Below, in pieces: positions 30,510-40,530 of a stretch of DNA of 64,000 bases. Source of the stretch: a bacterium. GTDB lineage: Bacteria; Fidelibacterota; Fidelibacteria; Fidelibacterales; Fidelibacteraceae. The notes beneath the pieces are model-generated. The model was not told the origin of the DNA. It ran no database searches and was given only the letters and a program-made list of their open reading frames with translations. Every line of letters starts with the position of its first letter. Position 1 is the stretch's first letter. A program made the position numbers and the translations under genes. The stretch spans positions 2,047,586-2,111,585 of the forward strand of contig OY781066.1 in assembly GCA_963676395.1 (NCBI GenBank). Reading direction: 5' to 3'.

Positions 30510-33497
30510 GTGAACACCTATACCATTCAGTTGATGCTCAAGGACAATGTTCCGGATGTTGCCGGAAAAGCGCTTGAGCAGGACGCAAAGCGGTATTTTA
30601 ATATTAAAACAGGCAAGGTGAGAGCTTCAAAGATTTTTACTGTTTTGTCTGAAAAATCTGCCGATGAAATTTTAAAATTTGCAGAGTTGACCCTCAAAGA
30701 CGCCGTCCTTCATGAAGTATTTATAGATAAGCTTTTTGTTGATAAAGTTTTCCAGCGTCATCTTTATATGGCCAAACTTCCCGGCGTGACCGATGATGAG
30801 GGTGTTTCTGCTCAAAAGACTTATGCAGATTATTTTAACCTTGATCTGCTTGCCGGCGAACAGTTCATTTTTACCGGAGAATATTATTACATAGAACATT
30901 CACTTAGAGATGAAGAATTGAAAATCTTGGGTGATGATCTATTGGGTAATCCACTGATCAATCATATTGAACACGGTCCTTTAAAGAAAGTCATTGAATA
31001 TGTACCTACCGTGTTGATCAAATCAGATGTGAAGATTGATAAGATCGAAATCGATTTGGGTGATGATGAATTACTTGAGTTGTCTAAGAATATGCTACTT
31101 TCTTTAGATCTTAAAGAAATGCAAACGATTAAAGAACACTTTCTTTCAGCTAAAACTCAAGCTGTTCGTAAAGAGCTTGGCATGAGCGATATGCCAACGG
31201 ATCTTGAGTTGGAAGTTCTAGGTCAGACCTGGAGTGAACATTGTAAACACAAAGAATTCTCTTCGATGATCACTTACAAAGATCTCGATACAGGCGAAGA
31301 AAAGACAATTGATTCGCTTTTTAAGACATATATTTTTAAATCAACTAAAGAGATCCGTAAACGCTTTGAAGAAGGTGATAACAATTGGATCTTAAAGGTT
31401 TTTAACGATAATGCCGGTGTGGTGAAGATCGATGATGAAAATGTATTCATCTGGAAGGTTGAAACTCACAATTCTCCCTCTGCGCTGGATCCTTACGGTG
31501 GTGCTCTAACGGGTATTGTCGGTGTGAACCGCGATCCTATGGGAACCGGTATTGGAGGTGGTAAATGTCTATTCAATACCAATGTGCTTTGTTTCGGTTC
31601 GCCTTATTATGAGGGTGAATTGCTCGAAGGTCAGCTTCATCCTCGTCGTATTATGAGTGGTGTGGTAAAAGGTATTGAAGATGGTGGAAATAAATCCGGT
31701 ATTCCAACTATCAATGGTTCTATCGTTTTCGATGATCGTTTTCGTGGGAAACCTTTGGTTTACTGTGGTACGGCGGCAGTGATGCCTTATGATTATAATG
31801 GTCGTCCTTCTTGGGATAAGCCTATTGATGTCGGTGATCGTATTGTTATGGCCGGTGGTCGTATCGGTAAAGATGGTATTCACGGTGCGACTTTTTCCTC
31901 CTTAGAGATCGATGAACACTCACCTCGTTCCGCCGTGCAGATCGGTTCACCTATCACTCAGAAAAATATGAGCGATTTTATGACCAAAGCAGCGAAAGCA
32001 GGGCTATTGAAATCCTCTACGGATAACGGTGCGGGTGGTTTGTCTTCTTCTATTGGCGAGCTCGCTGAAACAACCAATGGAGCGGTTGTTGAGTTGGATA
32101 AAGCTCCTTTAAAATATCACGGTCTGCAACCTTGGGAGATATTTGTTTCAGAATCCCAGGAACGTATGAGTTTTGTTGTGGAACCCGATAAAATAGATGC
32201 TCTCTTTGCTATGGCAAAAGATTTTGAAGTGGAAGTAACTGACATTGGTTACTTTACCGATAACGGTTACTTGGATATTCAATACAAAGGTGAGCGAGCC
32301 GCTTATCTTGATCTGGATTTCTTACATAATGCAGTTCCAAAGAAATATATGGAAGCCGAGTGGAAAGCACCTCAGCTTTCGGAACCCGGACTTGTAGATG
32401 CCGATTACAATGATATCCTAATCAGACTTATGGGTTCCTTGAACATTTGTTCTAAAGATCCTGTTATTCGTGTTTACGATCATGAAGTCAAAGGTAAGAC
32501 CGTCATCAAACCCCTGATGGGTGAGGATGGGAATGCGCCTCAGGATGCCGGTGTGATCAGGATCGATCATAACAGTTTTACCGGTGTAGCGGTATCGAAT
32601 GGTATTTTGCCCAGGTATGGTGACATCGATGCCTATGAAATGTCGGCGGGTTCATTTGATGAAGCTGTTCGTCAGATCATTGCGGTAGGTGGTAAGTTAC
32701 CCAATCCAAATAAAAAAGATGGTATTTTTTGGACCGTGAACGATAACTTTTGTGTTCCGGATTCGCTTTACGATGCAGAAAAAAATCCCGATGGTAAGTA
32801 TAAGCTGGCGCAGTTGGTGCGCATGAATGAAGCGCTATATGATATGGCTACGTATTTCAATATTCCGCTGACTTCAGGTAAGGACAGCATGAAGAATGAT
32901 TTCAAAAAAGGTGATGTTAAGATCTCAGTACCACCGACCATTTTATATTCTATGGTTGCAAAGATTGATGATGTTCGCAAGACCTTGACATCTGATTTCA
33001 AAGAAGCCGGTGATGTGATCTATCAGGTAGGAAAGACCTATAATGAACTTGGTGGTTCGGAATGTTATGCACTTTTTGATGTGCTGGGTGCGAATGTTCC
33101 CAAAGTCCGTAAAGATGATGCAAAACGTATTTATGATAAAATGAGTCAAGCTAATGAAGCTGGTTTGCTGGCATCGGTACATGATATGTCCGATGGAGGT
33201 TTAGCCGTTGCTCTTGCCGAATCTGCATTCGGAGGTCGTAAAGGTTGTCAGATAGTGATCAACGAAACTGAAATAGGTGCTTTGGCTGAACTTTATTCTG
33301 AATCACACTCACGGTTTGTTGTTTCTGTCGAAGCCACTAAAGCCGAAGAATTTGAAGCACTACTTGGTGCAGATTGTACAAAACTTGGCTTGGTGACAGA
33401 TGAGGATAATATGAGCATTTTTGTTGAAAATAAAGAAGTTATTAAAAGTAAAGTTTCAAACCTGCATGAGGCCTGGAGCAATGGTTTAAGAAAATAA
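30510..33497 (+). CDS. purL: FGAM synthase, PurS-like N-domain plus linker fused to PurL
   Basis: 995 aa. N-terminus MLKDNVPDVAGKALE is PurS-like. SEHCKHK, ETHNSPSALDPYGGALTG, QIGSP are PurL motifs. GTG start with AAGGAG 5 nt upstream. Confidence 0.9.
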   Translation: MNTYTIQLMLKDNVPDVAGKALEQDAKRYFNIKTGKVRASKIFTVLSEKSADEILKFAELTLKDAVLHEVFIDKLFVDKVFQRHLYMAKLPGVTDDEGVSAQKTYADYFNLDLLAGEQFIFTGEYYYIEHSLRDEELKILGDDLLGNPLINHIEHGPLKKVIEYVPTVLIKSDVKIDKIEIDLGDDELLELSKNMLLSLDLKEMQTIKEHFLSAKTQAVRKELGMSDMPTDLELEVLGQTWSEHCKHKEFSSMITYKDLDTGEEKTIDSLFKTYIFKSTKEIRKRFEEGDNNWILKVFNDNAGVVKIDDENVFIWKVETHNSPSALDPYGGALTGIVGVNRDPMGTGIGGGKCLFNTNVLCFGSPYYEGELLEGQLHPRRIMSGVVKGIEDGGNKSGIPTINGSIVFDDRFRGKPLVYCGTAAVMPYDYNGRPSWDKPIDVGDRIVMAGGRIGKDGIHGATFSSLEIDEHSPRSAVQIGSPITQKNMSDFMTKAAKAGLLKSSTDNGAGGLSSSIGELAETTNGAVVELDKAPLKYHGLQPWEIFVSESQERMSFVVEPDKIDALFAMAKDFEVEVTDIGYFTDNGYLDIQYKGERAAYLDLDFLHNAVPKKYMEAEWKAPQLSEPGLVDADYNDILIRLMGSLNICSKDPVIRVYDHEVKGKTVIKPLMGEDGNAPQDAGVIRIDHNSFTGVAVSNGILPRYGDIDAYEMSAGSFDEAVRQIIAVGGKLPNPNKKDGIFWTVNDNFCVPDSLYDAEKNPDGKYKLAQLVRMNEALYDMATYFNIPLTSGKDSMKNDFKKGDVKISVPPTILYSMVAKIDDVRKTLTSDFKEAGDVIYQVGKTYNELGGSECYALFDVLGANVPKVRKDDAKRIYDKMSQANEAGLLASVHDMSDGGLAVALAESAFGGRKGCQIVINETEIGALAELYSESHSRFVVSVEATKAEEFEALLGADCTKLGLVTDEDNMSIFVENKEVIKSKVSNLHEAWSNGLRK

Positions 33498-33507
33498 AGG
33501 AAGCATC

Positions 33508-34329
33508 ATGGTAAAAGCACTGGTCGTTACCGGTTTTGGTATTAACTGTGAAGAGGAAATGGCAGCAGCATATCGTCTTGCGGGTGCTGAAGCCACCATT
33601 TTGCATCTAAATGAACTCTTTCAAGAAAGAGACAGCATTCATAACTACGATATTTTAAACTTTCCCGGTGGATTTTCATTTGGTGATGATATCGGTTCTG
33701 CAAAAGTCTTGGCTAATAAATTTAAATTCAAGAAAATGAAATCCGGTAAACTGTTCATTGATGAGATTACACAGTTTTTAAATGATGGTAAATACATTAT
33801 TGGTGTATGTAATGGTTTCCAAGCCTTGGTAAAAATGGGCTTACTGCCAAATATTGCTGGTAAGTTTGAACAAGAAGTCACGCTCACCAACAATGCTTCC
33901 GGTCACTTTGAAGATCGTTGGGTACATTGTTTACTTACACCCGATAATCCTACGCCCTTTCTATCTGATCCTGCTATAAGCGGTATGGATTTGCCTGTGC
34001 GACACGGTGAAGGAAAGTTACTGATCCGTGATGATGAGATCCGTCAGGCTATTCTTGATAATAAGTTGAACGTACTGACCTATGCCGATAAGGATAAACA
34101 ACCGACGGCTGAATATCCTGCAAATCCCAATGGTTCCGACTTGAATTGTGCGGGACTTTGCGATCTTAGCGGTCAGGTATTTGGATTAATGCCTCACCCT
34201 GAAGCATATCTTTCACTTTATAATCATCCGGATTGGACGGGTAAGAAACGCTCTAATCCAGATGTTTCGGAAGATGGGGAAGGATTGGGGATTTTTAAAA
34301 ATATTGTAAATAAAATTCAATCAAAATAA
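33508..34329 (+). CDS. purQ: FGAM synthase glutaminase subunit
   Basis: GVCNGFQ (nucleophile elbow) and MPHPE. 273 aa. Confidence 0.9.
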   Translation: MVKALVVTGFGINCEEEMAAAYRLAGAEATILHLNELFQERDSIHNYDILNFPGGFSFGDDIGSAKVLANKFKFKKMKSGKLFIDEITQFLNDGKYIIGVCNGFQALVKMGLLPNIAGKFEQEVTLTNNASGHFEDRWVHCLLTPDNPTPFLSDPAISGMDLPVRHGEGKLLIRDDEIRQAILDNKLNVLTYADKDKQPTAEYPANPNGSDLNCAGLCDLSGQVFGLMPHPEAYLSLYNHPDWTGKKRSNPDVSEDGEGLGIFKNIVNKIQSK

Positions 34330-34377
34330 CTGGTAGGGAGCGGTTGCAATCGTTCTTTACAACATGAATGTTATAAA

Positions 34378-35343
34378 ATGACAAGCATCAGACAACAAGC
34401 TCAACATCGTCGCCTCCGAGTGGTAGCCTTTTACGAGAATGCCTGGGAGTTCATTGTTCGCCTGTTAATGGGGCTTGGGATTTATATCGTTTTACGCATT
34501 ATTTTAATGAGCTATCTCACAAGAGTACAAGGCATTGCACTAACTTTTGCCGATAGTTTGGCGGAGCTGAGTGTTTTATTGCTTAGCGCAATACTTATGA
34601 TATTGTTCATTTGGTTTAAAGGTTCTCGCTCACATTTGGCGACTGCATTATGGATGCCGGCAATTTTGTGTTTAGTGATCGCGGATTCATTAAGATTGTT
34701 TCATCTTATAATGGCAGGACATACCTTTGATGCAATATGGGGTTATTTGCCTTTTTTAATTCCACTTATACTGATGTTGCTTTATTGGGCGCTTGATCCT
34801 GACTCTCTGATCTTTCGAATTGCCGCAAGCTTATTCTTTCTTGCGATGAGTATATTTTGGGTAAGTGATATTCCAAAGAGTTTACAAGAAGCCAAAGATG
34901 TTCAAAGCATGGTGAGAGCTTATCAGGAATTTTCAATGGTTTTGCAAGAAGATCATATGCTTGATTTTAAAAAGTCACCTAGGGCGGTTGAAACTAAAAC
35001 CGTTACTAGTGTTTGGCATTCAAAGCTCGTTAATCAATACGATTATAAATTGGCTGAGGATATCCCGGAAGTGGAAAATATCTATTATGTGATGGGGACG
35101 GATATAATTATTTCTGGAGTTAAAGAAGAGCTTAAAGAAAGCACTCAAGTGTTGAGTTACGCTAAACTAGAGTATATTTCATTACATTATTTTTTCAAAT
35201 ATGTTACCAGCCGAAAAATAGTAACAAGGGATTTTCAATATACCGGCAACGCATTTTTCATAGTTAAATTGAAAAATAAGGAAGCGCTTGTCGTAGATAA
35301 TGTATTGGTAAGAAAACAAACAAAGGAGGCTATAGCGTCATGA
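34378..35343 (+). CDS. hypothetical membrane protein embedded in the pur operon
   Basis: 321 aa. About 5-6 TM segments in the N-terminal half, soluble C-terminal half. ATGA overlap with purH. No recognisable motif. Confidence 0.55.
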   Translation: MTSIRQQAQHRRLRVVAFYENAWEFIVRLLMGLGIYIVLRIILMSYLTRVQGIALTFADSLAELSVLLLSAILMILFIWFKGSRSHLATALWMPAILCLVIADSLRLFHLIMAGHTFDAIWGYLPFLIPLILMLLYWALDPDSLIFRIAASLFFLAMSIFWVSDIPKSLQEAKDVQSMVRAYQEFSMVLQEDHMLDFKKSPRAVETKTVTSVWHSKLVNQYDYKLAEDIPEVENIYYVMGTDIIISGVKEELKESTQVLSYAKLEYISLHYFFKYVTSRKIVTRDFQYTGNAFFIVKLKNKEALVVDNVLVRKQTKEAIAS

Positions 35344-36944
35344 TCAAGATCAAACGAGCATTGATCTCAGTATCGGATAAAACCGGGATCGTGGATTTTG
35401 CAGCTGCACTGGAGAGACAGGGCTGTGAGATCATATCAACCGGTGGAACTAAGAAAGTCCTGCAAGAAGCGGGTATTGAAGTCACCGATATTTCAAAAGT
35501 CACAGGTAACCCCGAAGCTTTTGGCGGAAGAATGAAAACCATTTCTTTTCAGATTGAATCTGCCTTGCTTTATGACCGTGAAAAAGACGCTGAAGAGGCT
35601 AAATCTTTGAATATAGAGCCGATCGATATGGTGGTCTGCAACTTATACCCTTTTGCAAAAGTAAAGGCTCAGGGTGCAGATTTTCCGACGCTCATTGAAA
35701 ATATTGATATCGGCGGTCCAACTATGGTCCGCGCTTCCGCCAAAAATTATAAATATGTCGCAACTGTTGTTGATCCTCTTGATTATCCTGCCTTGTTGGA
35801 AGAGTTAGTCAAGAATGCCGGGGCGCTTGAAGAGTCGACTCGATTCAATTTAATGCGAAAAGCTTTTAATCACACCGCTGACTACGATGCATTGATCGCA
35901 ACGACCCTGGATGCCGAAGCCGGTGAATTATCCGTGCGCTTGGCTTATGATCAAGCCAAGAAATTGCGTTATGGCGAGAATTCACATCAGGATGGTTATT
36001 TTCTGCGACAAAAAGGAGCAGACAGCTCTTATTATGATATGAAAGTTCTGCACGGTAAAGAATTGTCATACAACAATATGTTTGATATGTACGGCGCCAT
36101 TGAGTCTATTCGCGATATGCGTCAGCATGGTGTTGCCGTGATCAAACATGCCAATCCTTGCGGTTTAGCAACAGGGGACGATCAACGGAAATGTATGGAA
36201 TTAGCATGGGCCGGTGATCCCGTATCGGCTTATGGTTCCGTGATCGCATTTAATACTGTTGTCGAACGTGAAACGGTTGAGTTTTTTGCCTTGGATGCCG
36301 AAGATAAAAGTAAGCGTAAATTTGTAGAAATAGTGGTTGCACCCGGTTTTACGCCTGATGCTCTCGAATACTTACAGCTTCACAAGAATTTACGTGTTGT
36401 TGAGTTTGACCCTCATTTCTTATTTCCTGAAAAAGATATGAAGGTGTTGCATAATGCATTGTTATATCAGGATTCAGATCTTAAGATCAAAGCAAAAATG
36501 GATAATGTTACAGAATTAAAAGCTAAGATAGATGATGAATTACTAGACTTTGGTTTAAAAACCGTACGTCAATTAAAATCAAATGCTATTTGTATTGTTC
36601 GCAAACTTAAAAGCGGTTATTGTCAACTTCTTGGTATGGGGTGCGGACAGCCTAATCGTTTAAATTCTACGGAATTGAGCGTAAAACGTTCACGCGAAAA
36701 TTTAAAAGCGGAGTGGAACGGTGAAGGTAATGTAGAAGATTTTATTGCAGCTAAAATGTCTGAGGCCGTGTTGGTTTCCGATGCATTTTTTCCATTTCCC
36801 GATAATGTCGAAGTTGCCCACGAAGCCGGTTTAAGAACCATTGTTCAACCCGGTGGATCCATTCGTGATAAAAGTGTAATTGCGAAAGCGGATGAGTTGG
36901 GAATGGGAATGGTATATGTTGGGATGAGGCATTTTAAACATTAA
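35340..36944 (+). CDS. purH: bifunctional AICAR transformylase / IMP cyclohydrolase
   Basis: RALISVSDKTGIV, STGGT, DIGGPTMVRASAKN, AFFPFPD, IVQPGGSIRD. Confidence 0.95.
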   Translation: MIKIKRALISVSDKTGIVDFAAALERQGCEIISTGGTKKVLQEAGIEVTDISKVTGNPEAFGGRMKTISFQIESALLYDREKDAEEAKSLNIEPIDMVVCNLYPFAKVKAQGADFPTLIENIDIGGPTMVRASAKNYKYVATVVDPLDYPALLEELVKNAGALEESTRFNLMRKAFNHTADYDALIATTLDAEAGELSVRLAYDQAKKLRYGENSHQDGYFLRQKGADSSYYDMKVLHGKELSYNNMFDMYGAIESIRDMRQHGVAVIKHANPCGLATGDDQRKCMELAWAGDPVSAYGSVIAFNTVVERETVEFFALDAEDKSKRKFVEIVVAPGFTPDALEYLQLHKNLRVVEFDPHFLFPEKDMKVLHNALLYQDSDLKIKAKMDNVTELKAKIDDELLDFGLKTVRQLKSNAICIVRKLKSGYCQLLGMGCGQPNRLNSTELSVKRSRENLKAEWNGEGNVEDFIAAKMSEAVLVSDAFFPFPDNVEVAHEAGLRTIVQPGGSIRDKSVIAKADELGMGMVYVGMRHFKH

Positions 36945-37034
36945 CAGCCTACGGCGATCAGTTATTGCTAAATAGCATGCTGACAGTAATAGGCTGAAGG
37001 CTGAAAGCTTAAAATAATAAAGAGGAGTACATAT

Positions 37035-38414
37035 ATGAAAGCCATGCAAACTATCTCAAGCCCACAGATTAAAAAGATCCATAAGGGCAAAGTGCGTGAC
37101 AGTTTTAGAATTGATGACAAACGTCGCTTGATCGTAGCGACCGATCGTATATCCAGTTTTGATATGGTTTTGGATTCTCTTATTCCGGGCAAAGGAGCTG
37201 TGTTGAATTCATTGGCTGCATGGTGGTTTGATAATACCAAAGATATTGTTGAAAACCATTTGATTAAACCTATTGGTGTGAATGCTTCTTTGGTTCATGA
37301 TGTAGAACCCATTAAAATTGAGATGATTGTTCGTGGATATATTACAGGTTCGGCATGGCGTAAATACGAAAAAGGCGGCAGGGAAGTATCCGGTGTTGAA
37401 ATTCCTGACGGTTTAAAGAAAAATGATAAATTTCCCACCCCGATTTTGACTCCGACCACCAAAGAAGAAAGTGATCGTGAAATCTCACGTGAAGATCTTT
37501 TAGCAGAAGGTTGGACAACGGAAAATATCTATAAACAAATGGAAGAGTACTCACTCAAACTTTTCGAACGCGGTTCAAAAGTATTGAGAGAAAAGGGTAT
37601 TATTCTTGTTGACACAAAATATGAATTCGGTTTAAAAGATGGTAAGGTCATTTTGATCGATGAGATCCATACACCCGATTCATCACGATTTTGGTCTGCG
37701 GAAGATTATGAAAAGAATGTTGAAAAAGTCGAGCAGCTGGATAAAGAATTTGTCCGTACATACTTGATGAAAAATAAAGTAGATGGTAAGTATCCCACTA
37801 CACTGCCCAACGAAATTATTGCCGAAACCGTTCGTCGCTATGAAGGTATTTATAAAATGATTACCGCTGAAGATATTCTTCATGTTAAACGACCGGAACA
37901 CTATCTTGCAGCATGTTTACAGGATGAAGGTTTGATGAAAGATGGATTTGTATCCATTATTATGGGCTCATCTTCTGATCTTCCTCATGCCGAGAAAATG
38001 AAAAACATCATTGAAAAATATGATATTCCATGTGATCTGCGTATCATGTCCGCTCACAAGAACGGAGAAGCTATTTTGACTATTGCTGATGAATATAACC
38101 ATGCGCTTGAGCCTGTTACCGTGATCGCTGTTGCCGGACGTTCAAACGGACTTGGTGGTGCATTGGCGGCCAATTTGAGTTGTCCGGTTATTTCTTGTCC
38201 TCCATTTGCTGATAAAGTTGATCTGATGGTGAATATCAACTCATCCTTGATGATGCCTTCTAATACACCGGCAGCGACTGTTGTCGATCCTAAAAATGCG
38301 GCATATCTTGCGCTTCGTTCATTAAATCTTCATCGTTTGAAAAATGTGATATCAGATGAGATCGCTGAAATTAAAGCTGGGTTGTTGGAAGCTGATGCTA
38401 AAGTGAGGATGTAA
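37035..38414 (+). CDS. purCE: PAICS-like fusion: SAICAR synthetase (PurC) + class II AIR carboxylase (PurE)
   Basis: N-terminal half: KGKVRDSF, ATDRISSFD, GKGAVLN. C-terminal half: IIMGSSSDLPHAEKM, MSAHKNG, AVAGRSNGLG, PVISCPP, close to human PAICS as I recall it. Confidence 0.88.
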   Translation: MKAMQTISSPQIKKIHKGKVRDSFRIDDKRRLIVATDRISSFDMVLDSLIPGKGAVLNSLAAWWFDNTKDIVENHLIKPIGVNASLVHDVEPIKIEMIVRGYITGSAWRKYEKGGREVSGVEIPDGLKKNDKFPTPILTPTTKEESDREISREDLLAEGWTTENIYKQMEEYSLKLFERGSKVLREKGIILVDTKYEFGLKDGKVILIDEIHTPDSSRFWSAEDYEKNVEKVEQLDKEFVRTYLMKNKVDGKYPTTLPNEIIAETVRRYEGIYKMITAEDILHVKRPEHYLAACLQDEGLMKDGFVSIIMGSSSDLPHAEKMKNIIEKYDIPCDLRIMSAHKNGEAILTIADEYNHALEPVTVIAVAGRSNGLGGALAANLSCPVISCPPFADKVDLMVNINSSLMMPSNTPAATVVDPKNAAYLALRSLNLHRLKNVISDEIAEIKAGLLEADAKVRM

Positions 38415-38430
38415 AGGATAAATAGAAAAT

Positions 38431-38462
38431 AAGGAACGGTCTAAACCGTTCCTTACATTTTT
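38431..38462 (+). terminator. stem-loop after purCE
   Basis: AAGGAACGGT / ACCGTTCCTT 10-bp stem with a CTAA loop, then ACATTTTT. Confidence 0.55.
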
Positions 38463-38473
38463 GGATAAAATAC

Positions 38474-38508
38474 AAACGCCTCCCATTGGGAGGCGTTTTC
38501 TTATTTTG
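38474..38508. terminator. bidirectional rho-independent terminator (purCE / bioY convergent)
   Basis: AAACGCCTCCC-ATT-GGGAGGCGTTT 11-bp stem, T-rich on the plus side and A-rich before it. Confidence 0.75.
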
Positions 38509-38550
38509 CTAGTGTAATGGACTGTTATAACCGTCCGATACACTTCATCA

Positions 38551-39093
38551 TTATTTTTTAATAATAGGGATCAATGCAAACGCAATAAAGGTTTTTACAA
38601 TTGCACCGGGTAGAAAAGGGACAAAACCTGCTGCTAATACCGTATTCCATCCTGTAAAATTAGCTAGCCAGAGTAACCCAAATGCAAAGACAATTGCATG
38701 ACCGATCATCAAAGCAGCGATTGCCGTATGAACTTTATTATACCAGCCTTTATCACCCAGCCAACCCATGACGAATGCGGCAGGTATGAATCCAAGCAGG
38801 TAACCGCAGGTCGGGCCGATCAGGGTTGCCAGTCCGAATGCGCCATTGGCAAATACGGGGAATCCAATAAATCCCATGGCAAGATAGGTGACTATTGCTG
38901 CCAGCGCACGTTTTTGTCCTAGCATGATTCCTGCGATCAAAACACCAAGCGTTTGACCTGTAACAGGGATCGGTTGAAGTGGAATTGATATGCGCGATAA
39001 TGCTGCCAACATTAAAACGGCAGACATGATCATTGTTATTTCTTTAACAATGGGATTTGATGATACGATTGAAACCTTGCTTTCTGTTCTCAT
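38551..39093 (-). CDS. bioY: biotin transporter BioY (ECF S-component)
   Basis: ISIPLQPIPVTGQTLGVLIAGIMLG is the BioY signature. 180 aa, 5-6 TM. Confidence 0.85.
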   Translation of the reverse strand: MRTESKVSIVSSNPIVKEITMIMSAVLMLAALSRISIPLQPIPVTGQTLGVLIAGIMLGQKRALAAIVTYLAMGFIGFPVFANGAFGLATLIGPTCGYLLGFIPAAFVMGWLGDKGWYNKVHTAIAALMIGHAIVFAFGLLWLANFTGWNTVLAAGFVPFLPGAIVKTFIAFALIPIIKK

Positions 39094-39302
39094 ATTACCT
39101 TCCTGTGATACTTAATTTCAAGACGAGAAGATAAAATTAATAATTAAGAATTAAAAATTAAAAATGGAAAAAAGGTACCATAAATAAATTGGCAGGCGGG
39201 GAATACACGCGAGTGTTCTTGCTTATTCATGAGACTTATAACAGCTACGCGCTAAAACCAAGCCTTATGAATACTTTTATTAATAGGAATACAGATCACT
39301 GA

Positions 39303-40222
39303 TCACGGCAACACATTTCCCGCTGCCCGATATACCTCATACCACTCTTCACGACTCATTTCAATATTCGTTGCTTCGCATATCTGTGTCAGTCGATCGG
39401 GCTTGGTCGTGCCAACGATTGGCTGCATTTTTGCAGGATGTCGCAGTATCCATGCAATGGCAATGGCATTCTTGTTAGTATGTTTCTCTTGAGCAAGTCG
39501 ATCCAATACGGTATTCAGTTCAAGGAAATCCGGATGATTGATAAATACACCTTCAAAAAAGCCGAACATAAATGGCGACCAAGGCTGAATACGAATATCA
39601 TGTAGTCGGCAATATTCCAGAATGCCACTATCATGATCGATAGATGCAGTGTTTTCCATGTTGACATTTAATCCGGAGTCGATCATACCTGTATTGGTAA
39701 TGGAGAACTGAAGTTGATTGATGATCAGTTTTTGGTCTAAATATTCCTGTAAAAGAGCGATTTGCCCACTATTATGGTTTGAGACGCCGAAATGTCTTAC
39801 TTTTCCCGTCGATTCAAGGGTAGAGAAGGCTTCTGCGACCTCTTCAGGCTCCATGAGTGTGATCCGGGTCGGTGCAAGAGAAAGGTATCGATATAATCCG
39901 TCTTTAGTCGTTTTAAACTTTCATTAACCGAGTGAAGGATATGTTCTTTTGAAAAATCGAAGAATCCCTTACGGATACCACATTTTGTTTGAATATAGAT
40001 ATTTTCTCTTATTTCATCATTCATGTTAAGGGCTTGGGCAAAGATCTCTTCAGATTTTCCTGCTCCATAGATATCGGCATGATCGAAAAAGTTAATACCG
40101 CAGTCAATAGCGGTTTTTAATAAAAATTCTGCATCTTTGATATTCATCTTTGCAATGCGCATGCAACCGTGGATGATCTCGGATGTGGGAAGATCGGTTT
40201 GAGGGAGGGGAAGTTTTTTCAT
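39303..40222 (-). pseudogene. aldo/keto reductase (YdhF-like), split by a frameshift
   Basis: Two overlapping ORFs (40222..39797 and 39854..39303) together match one AKR. The first ends LLHRP, then out of frame; the second resumes LMEPEEVAEAF...GKVRHFGVSN and ends GNVLP. Confidence 0.7.
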
Positions 40223-40362
40223 ATGATTTTTAAGTTATGAGTTATAAGTGATGAGTACTCGAGGGGGCAATTTTCCTCTCCAGCAAATATCCCCGTGCTT
40301 GAAAGTAATATAAGCAATGCAATATATATTACTTTGTTTGGAATAAACGCTGTTTTTTTCAT
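40219..40362 (-). CDS. candidate 47-aa signal-peptide-bearing small ORF
   Basis: Own translation: MKKTAFIPNKVIYIALLILLSSTGIFAGEENCPLEYSSLITHNLKII. GAAGGG RBS 6 nt upstream. Its TGA overlaps the reductase ATG (ATATGA). Confidence 0.3.
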   Translation of the reverse strand: MKKTAFIPNKVIYIALLILLSSTGIFAGEENCPLEYSSLITHNLKII

Positions 40363-40530
40363 TTTATACCCTTCTTGTTTAAGCTTTACTTAGATTCGAT
40401 ATATGTTAAAAACTTATTAACATAATGTGGATGGGTGTAACTTGCATTCCTCTTTTGTATATGGTTTAATAAAAGGATAAAAAATTAAAATAGAAAAAGC
40501 GAGAAAAAATTACTGATTACTAATCAGCGG

